Notes: generated from the sequence alone by a model not told the origin. A DNA stretch of 64,000 bases from Eledone cirrhosa (GCA_964016885.1 OZ024740.1:365676001-365740000), one strand, 5' to 3'. Counted from the first letter of the stretch, positions 31,001-51,153 are shown. Made by a program: numbers and translations.

Positions 31001-33564
31001 AAATATGATATAGTGTGAAATTAGGACATAGAAGTGATTGAATGAATGGGTTCGAATGGAGAGAAGAATCGAGAAAAAATTGGGCATAATTTAACAATAA
31101 ACGAAAATACAAGATTTGTTTTGTTTAAGAAAATACGGTAGAGAAAATGCGGTGATAGGGGAAATATGATTTTTAGAGAAAAGATATGATATAGAATGGT
31201 GAAAATATGATATAGTGTGAAATTAGGACATAGAAGTGATTGAATGAATGGGTTCGAATGGAGAGAAGAATCGAGAAAAATTTGAACGTTACTTTATACC
31301 GAAGGGAACAGCCATCCCAGAAATAGCGAGTTGGCGATTTTGATTAATTTTGGTAGGGTTTTATCTTATATGTATAGAGAGGGAGGGGGGGGGGGGGCAG
31401 GAACCAGCATGATGAATGGGTAGGGGGTAGAATATGGGATGGAGCAGAGGTTAAAAGTTTAAATAGGTACTCGAAGATTTGCGTAAAACTTAGCAAGTTT
31501 AACAAATTATATTTAAAGGAATATATAATAGTGATAGCGAGAATGTAAGGTTTAAGATAAGATCGCCGTATTTTGGGCATGATTTAACAATAAACGAAAA
31601 TACAAGATTTGTTTTGTTTAAGAAATTACGATAGAGAAAATGCGGTGATAGGGGAAATATGATTTTTAGAGAAAAGATATGATATAGAATGGTGAAAATA
31701 TGATATAGTGTGAAATTAGGACATAGAAGTGATTGAATGAATGGGTTCGAATGGAGAGAAGAATCGAGAAAAAATTGGGCATAATTTAACAATAAACGAA
31801 AATACAAGATTTGTTTTGTTTAAGAAAATACGGTAGAGAAAATGCGGTGATAGGGGAAATATAATTTTTAGAGAAAAGATATGATATAGAATGGTGAAAA
31901 TATGATATAGTGTGAAATTAGGACATAGAAGTGATTGAATGAATGGGTTCGAATGGAGAGAAGAATCGAGAAAAATTTGAACGTTACTTTATACCGAAGG
32001 GAACAGCCATCCCAGAAATAGCGAGTTGGCGATTTTGATTAATTTTGGTAGGGTTTTATCTTATATGTATAGAGAGGGAGGGGGGGGGGCAGGAACCAGC
32101 ATGATGAATGGGTAGGGGGTAGAATATGGGATGGAGCAGAGGTTAAAAGTTTAAATAGGTACTCGAAGATTTGCGTAAAACTTAGCAAGTTTAACAAATT
32201 ATATTTAAAGGAATATATAATAGTGATAGCGAGAATGTAAGGTTTAAGATAAGATCGCCGTATTTTGGGCATGATTTAACAATAAACGAAAATACAAGAT
32301 TTGTTTTGTTTAAGAAATTACGATAGAGAAAATGCGGTGATATGGGAAATATGATTTTTAGAGAAAAGATATGATATTGTTAGCGAGAATGTAAGGTTTA
32401 AGATAAGATCGCCGTATTTTGGGCATGATTTAACAATAAACGAAAATACAAGATTGTTTTGTTTAAGAAATTACGATAGAGAAAATGCGGTGATAGGGGA
32501 AATATGATTTTTAGAGAAAAGATATGATATAGAATGGTGAAAATATGATATAGTGTGAAATTAGGACATAGAAGTGATTGAATGAATGGGTTCGAATGGA
32601 GAGAAGAATCGAGAAAAAAATTGGGCATAATTTAACAATAAACGAAAATACAAGATTTGTTTTGTTTAAGAAAATACGGTAGAGAAAATGCGGTGATGGG
32701 GGAAATATGATTTTTAGAGAAAAGATATGATATAGAATGGTGAAAATATGATATAGTGTGAAATTAGGACATAGAAGTGATTGAATGAATGGGTTCGAAT
32801 GGAGAGAAGAATCGAGAAAAATTTGAACGTTACTTTATACCGAAGGGAACAGCCATCCCAGAAATAGCGAGTTGGCGATTTTGATTAATTTTGGTAGGAT
32901 TTTATCTTATATGTATAGAGAGGGAGGGGGGGGGGGCAGGAACCAGCATGATGAATGGGTAGGGGGTAGAATATGGGATGGAGCAGAGGTTAAAAGTTTA
33001 AATAGGTACTCGAAGATTTGCGTAAAACTTAGCAAGTTTAACAAATTATATTTAAAGGAATATATAATAGTGATAGCGAGAATGTAAGGTTTAAGATAAG
33101 ATCGCCGTATTTTGGGCATGATTTAACAATAAACGAAAATACAAGATTTGTTTTGTTTAAGAAATTACGATAGAGAAAATGCGGTGATAGGGGAAATATG
33201 ATTTTTAGAGAAAAGATATGATATAGAATGGTGAAAATATGATATAGTGTGAAATTAGGACATAGAAGTGATTGAATGAATGGGTTCGAATGGAGAGAAG
33301 AATCGAGAAAAAAATTGGGCATAATTTAACAATAAACGAAAATACAAGATTTGTTTTGTTTAAGAAAATACGGTAGAGAAAATGCGGTGATGGGGGAAAT
33401 ATGATTTTTAGAGAAAAGATATGATATAGAATGGTGAAAATATGATATAGTGTGAAATTAGGACATAGAAGTGATTGAATGAATGGGTTCGAATGGAGAG
33501 AAGAATCGAGAAAAATTTGAACGTTACTTTATACCGAAGGGAACAGCCATCCCAGAAATAGCGA
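7032..33564. repeat. Tandem satellite: 36 monomers (26 of ~690-697 bp, 10 of ~846-849 bp) plus a 14-bp partial monomer
   Basis: Monomer start CCCAGAAATAGCGA at 7032, 7729, 8424, 9119, 9814, 10508, 11355 ... 32857, 33551. Internal 202-bp duplication. The long type has an extra ~154-bp duplication. Confidence 0.99.
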
Positions 33565-33636
33565 ATATACATATAATATATATATATATATATAATATAT
33601 ATATATAATATATATATATAATATATATATATAATA

Positions 33637-33998
33637 TATAAAGAAAAAGAGATGAAATCGAAAATGCAACTGGAGTCTTATTTTTTTTAAAAATATATAT
33701 ATTTATTTGGTTCCTTTACCGGTTTCGCAGTTCTTCTGCTTTTCAAAAGGTGAGTTGAGATGGAGGGTCTGTGGTTTTTCTCACATCTGTGAGAAAAACC
33801 ACAGACCCTCCATCTCAACTCACCTTTTGAAAAGCAGAAGAACTGCGAAACCGGTAAAGGAACCAAATAAATATATATATTTTTAAAAAAAATAAGACTC
33901 CAGTTGCATTTTCGATTTCATCTCTTTTTCTTTATACTTTCACTCGTGTAGGACACCTCGGTTATTTTTCATTTTGTAAAAAAAAACCTCACTTTCTA
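33637..33998 (+). mobile_element. Non-coding PLE-like 3' fragment with a 300-bp fold-back palindrome
   Basis: 33637-33785 mirrors 33788-33936 around a 2-nt loop. Hammerhead motif in each arm. Related copy at 46631-46906. Confidence 0.75.
33823..33860 (+). ncRNA. Minimal type I hammerhead ribozyme, U3-A8 core variant (mirror copy at 33713-33750, minus strand)
   Basis: CCTT-TTGAAAA-GCAG aagaa CTGC-GAAA-CCGG-TA-AAGG: stems I and II pair, stem III is palindromic. Confidence 0.75.
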
Positions 33999-34180
33999 AT
34001 ATATAATATATATATATATATAATATATATATATATAATATATATATATATATAATATATATATATAATATATATACATATAATATATATATATATATAA
34101 TATATATATATATATATAATATATATATACATATTATATATATATATAATATATATATATATATAATATATATAATATAT

Positions 34181-34244
<64 letters not shown>

Positions 34245-34267
34245 ATATATATATATATATATATAAT

Positions 34268-34301
<34 letters not shown>

Positions 34302-34394
34302 ATATATATATATATATAATATATATAATATATATATATAATATATATATATATAATATATATAATATATATATATATAATATATATAATATAT

Positions 34395-34428
<34 letters not shown>

Positions 34429-34432
34429 ATAT

Positions 34433-34518
<86 letters not shown>

Positions 34519-34521
34519 TAT
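33999..34521. repeat. (TA)n microsatellite with TAAT interruptions
   Basis: Direct reading. Confidence 0.97.
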
Positions 34522-37413
<2,892 letters not shown>

Positions 37414-37453
37414 ATATATATATATATATAATATATATATATATATAATATAT

Positions 37454-37487
<34 letters not shown>

Positions 37488-37497
37488 ATATATATAT

Positions 37498-40524
<3,027 letters not shown>

Positions 40525-40965
40525 ATGGAGCAGAGAGGTTAAGAGTTTAAATAAGCTTATTTAAACTCTTAACTTCTCTGCTCCATCCCATCTTCTACCC
40601 CCCACCCATACATCATGCTGGTTCCTGCCCCCCCCCCCTCCCTCTCTATACATACAAGATAAACCCTACCAAAATAATCAAAATCGCCAAATCACTATCC
40701 TGGTATGGCTGTTTCCTCGGTATAATGTAACGTTCAAATATTTTTCTCCATTCTTCTCTCCATTCTAATCCATTAGTCCATTCATTCACCATTCTATATC
40801 ATATTTTCACCATTCTATATCATATTTTTTCTCTAAAATCATATTTTCTCTATCATCGCATTTTCTCTATCGTATTTTCTTAAACAAAACAAATCTTGTA
40901 TTTTCGTTTATTGTTAAATTATGCCCAAAATACGGGGATCTTATCTTAAACCTTACCATCTCGCG
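40525..40965 (+). repeat. Diverged single copy of the satellite monomer (inverted, permuted), capped by a 62-bp palindrome; probable LINE 5' leader
   Basis: Shares CTCTGCTCCATCCCAT, CATCATGCTGGTTCCTGCCC, AAACAAAACAAATCTTGTATTTTCGTTTATTGTTAAAT and GATCTTATCTTAAACCTTAC with the minus strand of the array. Confidence 0.88.
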
Positions 40966-42150
40966 AACTACCCAACATCCCTCCCTCCCGCCTCCACGCA
41001 CCACCATTATTACATGGACCAATCATAAGTCAGAGGCCCATACTATCGCTTAACTGGTTGCTTTTCGATATGATGGATGGACTACGGAATTCTGGAGAGT
41101 TGAAGAGAGAAAAATCTGGACGCTCAGCGACAATGCCAAAGATAAAGACAAATTCACCTCGTGGACGAGAATGCAAGCACTCCTCCTTGTTTCAGCCGAG
41201 GATGGCTAACAAAACCCCTATCCCCCCCCCCCCCCGCGCTCCCCACCGCTCCCACCCTCAAAACGCAATCCAAAACTTCAGAGTTAGTACCATGAATGTA
41301 GGCACCTTAAAGGGTCGCTCTAACGAGGTTGTAGAAATGCTTGAACGTAAGGAGGTCGATGTTTGTTGTATTCAAGAGACCAGGTGGAGGGGAGGGTCTG
41401 CTAGATTCATCGTGGGTAAAGAACGATGCTATAAGCTTTTCTGGGTGGGAAATAACAATGGGCTGGGTGGAGTAGGAATCATGGTAGCAGAAAAGTGGGC
41501 AGATAAGATATTAGATGTAAATAGAGTGAACGACAGAATAATTAAAATAAGACTTGTCCTCAATAGAACTACGGTGACAGTAATATCTGCGTACGCACCC
41601 CAATCCGGACTGCCCGGCGCTATAAAAGACAGATTCTATGAGACACTGATGCTCGCTACCTCCCAAATAACCGACAGTGACTATATAATTATTGCAGGCG
41701 ACCTAAATGGTCACGTTGGATAACATTGTGACGGCTATGACGGAATCCATGGAGGCTATGGGTTCAGTACTAGAAATGAGGAAGGCTCCAGAATCCTGGA
41801 ATTCTGTGACGCAAATAACCTAACTATCTGTAACACTAACTTCAAAAAATGAGACAATCACTTGATCACCTATAGATCGGGGGAACACACAAGCCAGGTA
41901 GATCATATCCTTACCAGAAGACGTGACAGAGTGTCTGTTGTTAACACTAAATCCCTCCCCCATGAAGAATGCACCACCCAACATAGACTGATAATTAGCG
42001 ACCTCATAGTCAGGACGAGACGTACTAGACAGCAGAAGAGGACTATCCTCAGGAGAAAAATATGGAAGCTAAAGGACCCCATAGCCAGAAATAAATTTCA
42101 AAGCATATTACTTGATGCTTTCGACAGTAAGGAAGAGCAATTAGAGTTGT
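40966..42150 (+). pseudogene. RTE-clade LINE 5' part: leader plus APE endonuclease, with stops, 3'-truncated
   Basis: TMNVGTL, CCIQETRW, ISAYAPQ, AGDLNGHVG, SQVDHIL, TQHRL. Stops near 41721 and 41850. Confidence 0.9.
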
Positions 42151-42158
42151 ATAATATC

Positions 42159-42643
42159 CGGTTGCAACGTTTTTTGAAATATCCAGTTCTGCGTTTACAG
42201 ATTGACTTTGTTAGTTTCGGAAGATCCCGTTAAGGGTGAAAGCAGCGATTCTTTGCTTAAACTTTAATCTGTTATTTTAATAAATATTTGCTCTACGGTT
42301 CTTATATATTTGATATATATTTATCCTTATCGAGCCCTCTTTGGATTTTAGTCTTCAAATTTATTATTATTACTATTTGGCTCCCTCGGTTGAGCACTCT
42401 ACTGACTTATATTCAACATGCAGAAACAACATCTGAATATTTCTACAAAGAACATACCCGTACCAAGCAGGAAAACATACCTAAAAACCAAAGTATCGTC
42501 TTCCTGTCTTCCTCTGGTTGCAACGTTTTTTGAAATATCCAGTTCTGCGTTTACAGATTGACTTTGTTACTTTCAGAAGATCCCGTTAAGGGTGAAAGCA
42601 GCGATTCTTTGCTTAAACTTGAATCTGTTATTTTAATAAATAT
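42159..42643 (+). repeat. Partial tandem (357-bp period, ~127-bp direct repeats), possibly PLE/retrozyme-like
   Basis: 42159-42286 repeated at 42516-42643. Each repeat has a degenerate C(A/G)GAAGA-tCCCgttaaGGGt-GAAA motif. Confidence 0.55.
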
Positions 42644-42644
42644 A

Positions 42645-42675
<31 letters not shown>

Positions 42676-42690
42676 ATATATATATAATAT

Positions 42691-42744
42691 AAGTATGTAT
42701 GTATACGTACATACATATATGTATACAGACGTACAGTAGCATGC

Positions 42745-42789
<45 letters not shown>

Positions 42790-43240
42790 TATACATATAT
42801 GCACACAGGTACACATACATATATGCACGCATCAGTTTAGCCGACGTTTATTATAACGCAGCTTTGTTCGTTTGTTTGTCAACAAACAGAACAGCCTGAA
42901 TTTATGCCATACGGTGTTAAGGCAACCACGTCATCTTTTTGTTCAACACTGACACAGGAACGATGTACTAGTTTCAAGCTTGTTAGCTATCATCAGCACC
43001 GTTTACCCATCTGCCAGATAGTTGAACGTTCGAAAGTATATACTTTCCTTATGAAAATTAACGGCTGAGCAGCCTAATTTGCATATTGAGTGAGTTAAAT
43101 CGGTCAGGCATACCGAAAACGATAAGTTGAAAAAAATGAAAACGAAATTTCATTTCTCACTCTTAGTATGGCACTTACTTAAATGTAAGTATGTATGTAT
43201 ACGTACATACATATATGTATACAGATGTACAGTAGCATGC

Positions 43241-43281
<41 letters not shown>

Positions 43282-43476
43282 TATATCTATATATATATAT
43301 ACATATATATACATATATGCACACAGGTACACATACATATATGCACGCAGTGTTGAACAAAAAGGTGACGTGGTTGCCTTAACACCGTATGGCATAAATT
43401 CAGGCTGTTCTATTTGTTGACAAACAAACGAACAAAGCTGCGTTATAATAAACGTCGGCTAAACTGATGCGTGCAT
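42691..43476 (-). mobile_element. Non-coding hammerhead-bearing element: ~496-bp partial tandem plus inverted end segment
   Basis: Direct repeats at 42691-42831 and 43187-43349. Inverted repeats at 42826-42951 and 43349-43476. Diverged relative at 63414-63612. Confidence 0.75.
42960..43002 (-). ncRNA. Canonical minimal type I hammerhead ribozyme
   Basis: Minus strand ACGGTG-CTGATGA-tAGCT aaca AGCTt-GAAA-CTAG-TA-CATCGT: full core, 6-bp stem I, palindromic stem III. Confidence 0.85.
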
Positions 43477-44487
<1,011 letters not shown>

Positions 44488-44618
44488 GTTACATCTTTAC
44501 GTCATGTCCTATCAATTTGAATTAACAATTCACATGAACTGGGTAATATAATGTAAATATCAATATTCATGAATGAGACATAGATATATAATGTGTGAAA
44601 ATAATTTTGCTCAATAAT

Positions 44619-44794
44619 TGTTTCTACTTTTGGCACAAGGCCAGCAATTACCCAGTACATTACTGGTATTTTATTTTATCGACCCCGTAAGGATGAAAGG
44701 CAAAGTCAACCTCGGCGGGATTTGAACTCAGATTGTAAAGGGACGTAACTATGCTGGAAAGCATGGCGTCCGACTCTCTACCGATACTGCCAAT
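44619..44794 (-). mobile_element. tRNA-derived SINE, family 1, slightly 5'-truncated
   Basis: Reverse complement of 53294-53480. Absent from the paralogous arm near 46403. Confidence 0.85.
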
Positions 44795-45737
44795 GACCAT
44801 ATGTTTAGTTTAAAACTCTGAGGTCAATGTACCAAAAACTGAGATAAATCTTCAAAAAATTACCCTATTTATAAAAATACAGAGATATATAAGTATATAC
44901 ATACACATGCATATGCACTTTCTGGAAAAGGAAAGAAATAGAGAAAGAGAAAGTCATGTCAAGCTCTAGTTGATATTATAGACATACCCATGACTTTACG
45001 TGATCAACTCTGTAATTTCTTGTTTCACAAAAAAATTTGTTTTCCTTGTGTTATAAAAGATTTCACTATACATAAAAAATAAACGATTAATATTCTTGCC
45101 CTCACATACATGATTATCGTTCATGTATAGAATATTATGCATATCTGTAACATATACAGAACTATACCCACACATACATATAGATATATATGTATGCACA
45201 CATACAGGTACATGGACAGATAAAATATACTCTGTAATCATTCCATATGCATATTAATACATATGGCCTTTGTACAGAGACAACCAGATATCAATATATC
45301 AGCACAGAAATATCAAAACGTTAAAATATTTTCATCACTCCCTAGGGTATCTCAGGCCACAAAAACACAGTATGCTTCTTATATTTACCACAGAAATCTA
45401 CCCTTCCAATTTATCAGACAATATATTGCCAAGTTCTTTAGAAGCAATCAGAATCAAAAAGCAAACAAAAAACCAAAAATTATTTAACAAAAATTATTTA
45501 GCAAAAATCATTTAAAGGATTTAGGAGACCCTGTGGTTCTACGGATGCTCTTATATTTAGTATAGAAGTTTATCTTGCGTAAAATTTATTTAATACATTG
45601 GGAGCATCTACATTTTAGAGTAGTTTAATTACATCATTAGTTTATATTTATGAAGAAGGTTTAAAAGAAAAAGTTGAAAGAATCGAAAGATTTATCGTCA
45701 GGTTTCATACATTAATTAAATATCTTAATTAATTATA

Positions 45738-46303
45738 CTACATTTTAAATTTATATTTATATTTAAACGTTGAGTTCAATCTATGTCTGCAGCAACTGAA
45801 TAAATTGCTCCTTAAATTAAGGGAATTTTTGGATTTTAATATAAAGAATATCTCCTCCACACAGAGATCACATGTCTCAGATGAGGAATTAAAAGGAATC
45901 CCTCTTGAGACAATATTCCAAAACATCGAATACCCAACGTTATCACGTTTAAGTTGCCAGAGTAAGCTTGATAGTGAAGCTGAAGATTTTTTGTTTGGAT
46001 CTGTGAAAGAATTCTTATGATTATTGTAGCGAAGTTTAAATTCTGTCGAGGTGGAACCAATATAGTTGAAAGAATTTAAGTTAGTTTTAACATTACAATT
46101 GTATATTATATTTTTAACTAAGCAATTTTTATTTAACAGACATTTAGATTTATTTCTACAGTTACAGTTGTATAATTGAATATTGTTTGGGTTATTATTG
46201 GTATTTTGGTTAGGTTTTAAATTCCTATTATTTATTCTGTTAATATTTTGTGCAAAATTTTTGGTGGACGAGTAAGTTAATTTTATAGTATGTCTATTAA
46301 AAA
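45738..46303 (-). pseudogene. PLE C-terminal GIY-YIG endonuclease domain with Cys-rich motifs
   Basis: IFNRHTIKLTYS, CNCR..C...C, NIIY...YIGST...RYNNH, CDLC..E, LNLRS...CRH. Confidence 0.85.
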
Positions 46304-46630
46304 TACTTATATATCTCCGTATTTTTATAAATAGGGTAATTTTTTGAAGATTTATCTGTTTTTGGTACATTGACCTCAGAGTTTTAAACTAAACATATGG
46401 TCATTATTGAGCAAAATTATTTTCACACATTATATATAATATATATATATATAATATATATATATATAAATAATAGATATATATAATATATATATATAAT
46501 ATATATAATATATATATATAATATATATATATAATATATATATATAATATATTTATATAATATAAATAATATATATATATATATATATTATACATATATA
46601 TAATATATATATATCTATATATATATATAT

Positions 46631-46906
46631 AGTAGAAAGTGAGGTTTTTTTTACAAAATGAAAAATAACCGAGGTGTCCTACACGAGTGAAAGTATAAAG
46701 AAAAAGAGATGAAATCGAAAATGCAACTGGAGTCTTATTTTTTTTTTAAATATATATATTTATTTGGTTCCTTTACCGGTTTCGCAGTTCTTCTGCTTTT
46801 CAAAAGGTGAGTTGAGATGGAGGGTCTGTGGTTTTTAGACCCTCCATCTCATCTTTAAAAAAAATAAGACTCCAGTTGCATTTTCGATTTCATCTCTTTT
46901 CCTTTA
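46631..46906 (-). mobile_element. Second copy of the 33.6-kb PLE-like element, with an internally deleted fold-back
   Basis: Reverse complement of ~33795-33998, followed by inverted pieces. U3-A8 hammerhead at 46770-46807. Confidence 0.8.
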
Positions 46907-46924
46907 TATATATACATATATATA

Positions 46925-46997
<73 letters not shown>

Positions 46998-47220
46998 TTC
47001 GGGCGGAAGTAAATTGGTTAAACCAGCGTTCTGAATAGTTTTAGAACGCTTGTTTAACCACTTTACTTCCCTCCGAAAAAGAGATATTATCTCGAAAATT
47101 AAGGATATTTAAATAAATTTAAGGTAAAAGACTAATTGTCAAAAATATCTTTTGCATTTGCATTTATATTCTAAATCCATACCTGCATTGTTTTGGCTTT
47201 ACAAATACAAACGTTTATAT

Positions 47221-47225
<5 letters not shown>
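46998..47225 (+). mobile_element. Short element with an imperfect 80-bp fold-back and a degenerate hammerhead relic
   Basis: Hairpin at 46998-47077. CCT-CCGAAAA-aGAGAT att ATCTC-GAAA-AT-TA-AGG at 47070-47104. Confidence 0.45.
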
Positions 47226-48801
<1,576 letters not shown>

Positions 48802-49303
48802 AACACAAAACCAACCACACATATCTTTACTATCTCTAATCCTTCTATAGATTTAGAAAAATAACCAATAATATATTCTATAAAAAATGTCAAAACAACA
48901 GATGGGAATCTAATTACTCACTGCCACCAAGAATTCTCACTGCTGTCGAAAAACCACTCCTTCAACTATTCTTCTAACAACTTCACCCCTCCCTCCTAAT
49001 ATTCTCTATAAAAACTAAATAGGTCCCCAGTAATATTATTCTGATGAAATGACAGTAAATAATAACATTGAAATATTGAATGTCTGCATAACTAAAAGTT
49101 TGTAGATAGCTGTTTTAGGTTATGTAACTGTTATAGAAACACGTGTCAATAAATTCCTTTCAACTAAACTGTATCCATTCAAATCTTTCTATTTTTCTCC
49201 GGATTACTTTTGGAACTACAACTGGAACCGTCGAGCAAACTCTACGTGAGCTGATAATCTACTGTGTGTAATATTTATATTACAACACAACGGAAAATAC
49301 TGT
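48802..49303 (+). mobile_element. PLE-like 3' fragment carrying an expanded hammerhead
   Basis: Shares sequence with 37111-37341. Flanked by (TA)n. Confidence 0.65.
49036..49152 (+). ncRNA. Type I hammerhead ribozyme with an ~88-nt branched stem II
   Basis: TTATT-CTGATGA-aATGACAGT...ACTGTTATa-GAAA-CACGTG-TC-AATAA. The paralogue at 37.2 kb has CTGAAGA (change at the free N7 position). Confidence 0.7.
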
Positions 49304-49312
49304 ATGTATATA

Positions 49313-49387
<75 letters not shown>

Positions 49388-49391
<4 letters not shown>

Positions 49392-50960
49392 TCATCATCA
49401 TCATCATCATCAACGTTTAACGTCCGTGTTCCACGCTTGCATGGGTTTGGACGGGGGTAGTCCCACTTGAGGCAAGAGTGATTGTCTTGCTCGCATAGGA
49501 CTGTCTGGCAGGTTTTCTACAGTTGGATGCCCTTCCTAACACCAACCACATTTACAGTGTGGGTCTGGGAGGTTTTTACCGTGTTGCCTACACGGCCACA
49601 TTACAGCGTGGACTGTGTGTTTTTTTGTCGTGACACCTACACGATCTCATTTGTTTCGGCCTCGATGGCGCGGCACCAACATAACTTTACATAGAACGGG
49701 GTGGTGTGGATCGGGTTGGGGTGGGGGTGGTGGGACGGGGTGTATTTTGTTAGAGATGCCTACTGGCTGGAGTAGGTTTTACTATATATTTAGGTAAGGC
49801 GGGTCTTCTCTGTTACTGAGTACCGCCAAAGGTCTCGGTCCAGTGACATTGTCTTGGAGAGGTGTAAGTGTGTGATGTCGGAGTTTATCAGCTCGTCCCA
49901 GGTTTTTCTAGGTCTGCCTATTCCGTGACTACCGTCTATCTTTATTGCCCTGCACTTTGTTATACAGCTATCGACTTTCATGCGCATCACGTGTCCATAC
50001 GAACGTAGCCTTCTCTCGAGTAAACAACATCTGATCCCTCTTATCTCTAATTTATTCCTTAGTTCGTTTATGCTTTGCCGTTCACGTATATTACTGTTAC
50101 ACATCCAGCGGAGCATGCAAGCTTCGTTCCTCTCTAGTCTGCGTATATCCTCTGCACACAATGCCCAGGTCTCACTGCCATGCAGCATTGCTGTTCGTAT
50201 GCAGGCATCGTACAACCTGCCTTTCATTTTTAGTGAGAACCCTTTAGCAGCTAATAGTGGTATAAGCTCTCTGAACTTTTTCCAACCAGTTCTGACTCTA
50301 GCTACAGTACTTTCAGAGCACCCTCCCCCACTGCTGATTTTATCGCCCAGGTAACGGAAGCTGTCCACTATTTCTATAGAACCCTCTGCGCAATTGAAAG
50401 AGCTAGTAGTTTGTGGGCACTTGCTGCTACTTATTGCACCAGAGCACCGGCCACATGTAAAATCTATGTTCTTAGTTAGCTTACCTGTGATCCCACTACA
50501 TCTTTTATGCACCCATACTTTGCATTTAGGACATAAAATGGAGTTTCTACCTACGCCTTTCCTACACACCGAGCACGACCATTTCCCAGAAGGGACCGCC
50601 GCCTTGTTTTCTTTCCTACAAACTAGTACTTTGGTCTTAGCCAGGTTAATTTTAAGTCCTTTTGACTCTAGGCCGTGCTTCCATGTTTGGAATTTCTTCT
50701 CTAGCTCGGCCATTGATTCCGCTATGAGTGTCAGGTCGTCTGCGTATAGGAGTTCCCATGGGCAGCCTGTCTTGAACTCCTCTGTTATAGCCTGAAGGGC
50801 AATAATAAATAGTAGTGGACTGAGAACAGAGCCCTGATGGACGCCGACTTTTACGCTAAACTCTTCACTATATTCGTTGTTAATTCTAACCTTGCTGACT
50901 GTTTCTTTATACATGGCTTGTATAGCCCTCACAAGCCATTCGTCAACGCCTAGTTTTCTA
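49388..50960 (-). mobile_element. RTE-clade LINE 3' part (RT C-half with PHD-like finger, 3'UTR, (ATG)n tail)
   Basis: [17 protein letters not shown]4HC3 finger, HGSETW, GHVMRM, GRPRKTW. Stop at 49790. Confidence 0.93.
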
Positions 50961-51105
50961 TATATATATATATATGTATATATATGTATATAAATATATG
51001 TATATATATGTATATATATATACATATATATATATGTATATATATATATATGTATACCCTTGCAAGCAGGGAAGAGTGCACGTAACATGATGAAAATAAC
51101 ATTAT

Positions 51106-51153
<48 letters not shown>

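Larger units (their letters stand above)
44587..46436 (-). mobile_element. 5'-truncated Penelope-like element bounded by ~134-bp inverted repeats
   Basis: GIY-YIG ORF inside. 44587-44896 (minus the SINE) is the reverse complement of 46303-46436. Confidence 0.65.

Noticed and set aside
7066-33322. Repeated 65-102 aa ORFs in the satellite
   Set aside because: No recognisable domain; frames change with G-run length and single indels; by-product of strand-biased composition
7032-33564. CRISPR-like, rDNA or histone-array interpretation
   Set aside because: No unique spacers, no rRNA/tRNA or histone sequence, eukaryotic repeat context
41110-41215. HDV-like ribozyme in the RTE leader
   Set aside because: Plausible for the RTE clade, but I could not build the nested double pseudoknot by eye; needs an RNArobo/Infernal search
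45680-45706. Hammerhead downstream of the 45.7-kb GIY-YIG ORF
   Set aside because: CTGACGA and a small hairpin are present on the minus strand, but GAAA and stem III are missing
45738-46303. Selenocysteine recoding as reported for some Naiad PLEs
   Set aside because: No in-frame TGA at conserved Cys positions in either GIY-YIG fragment
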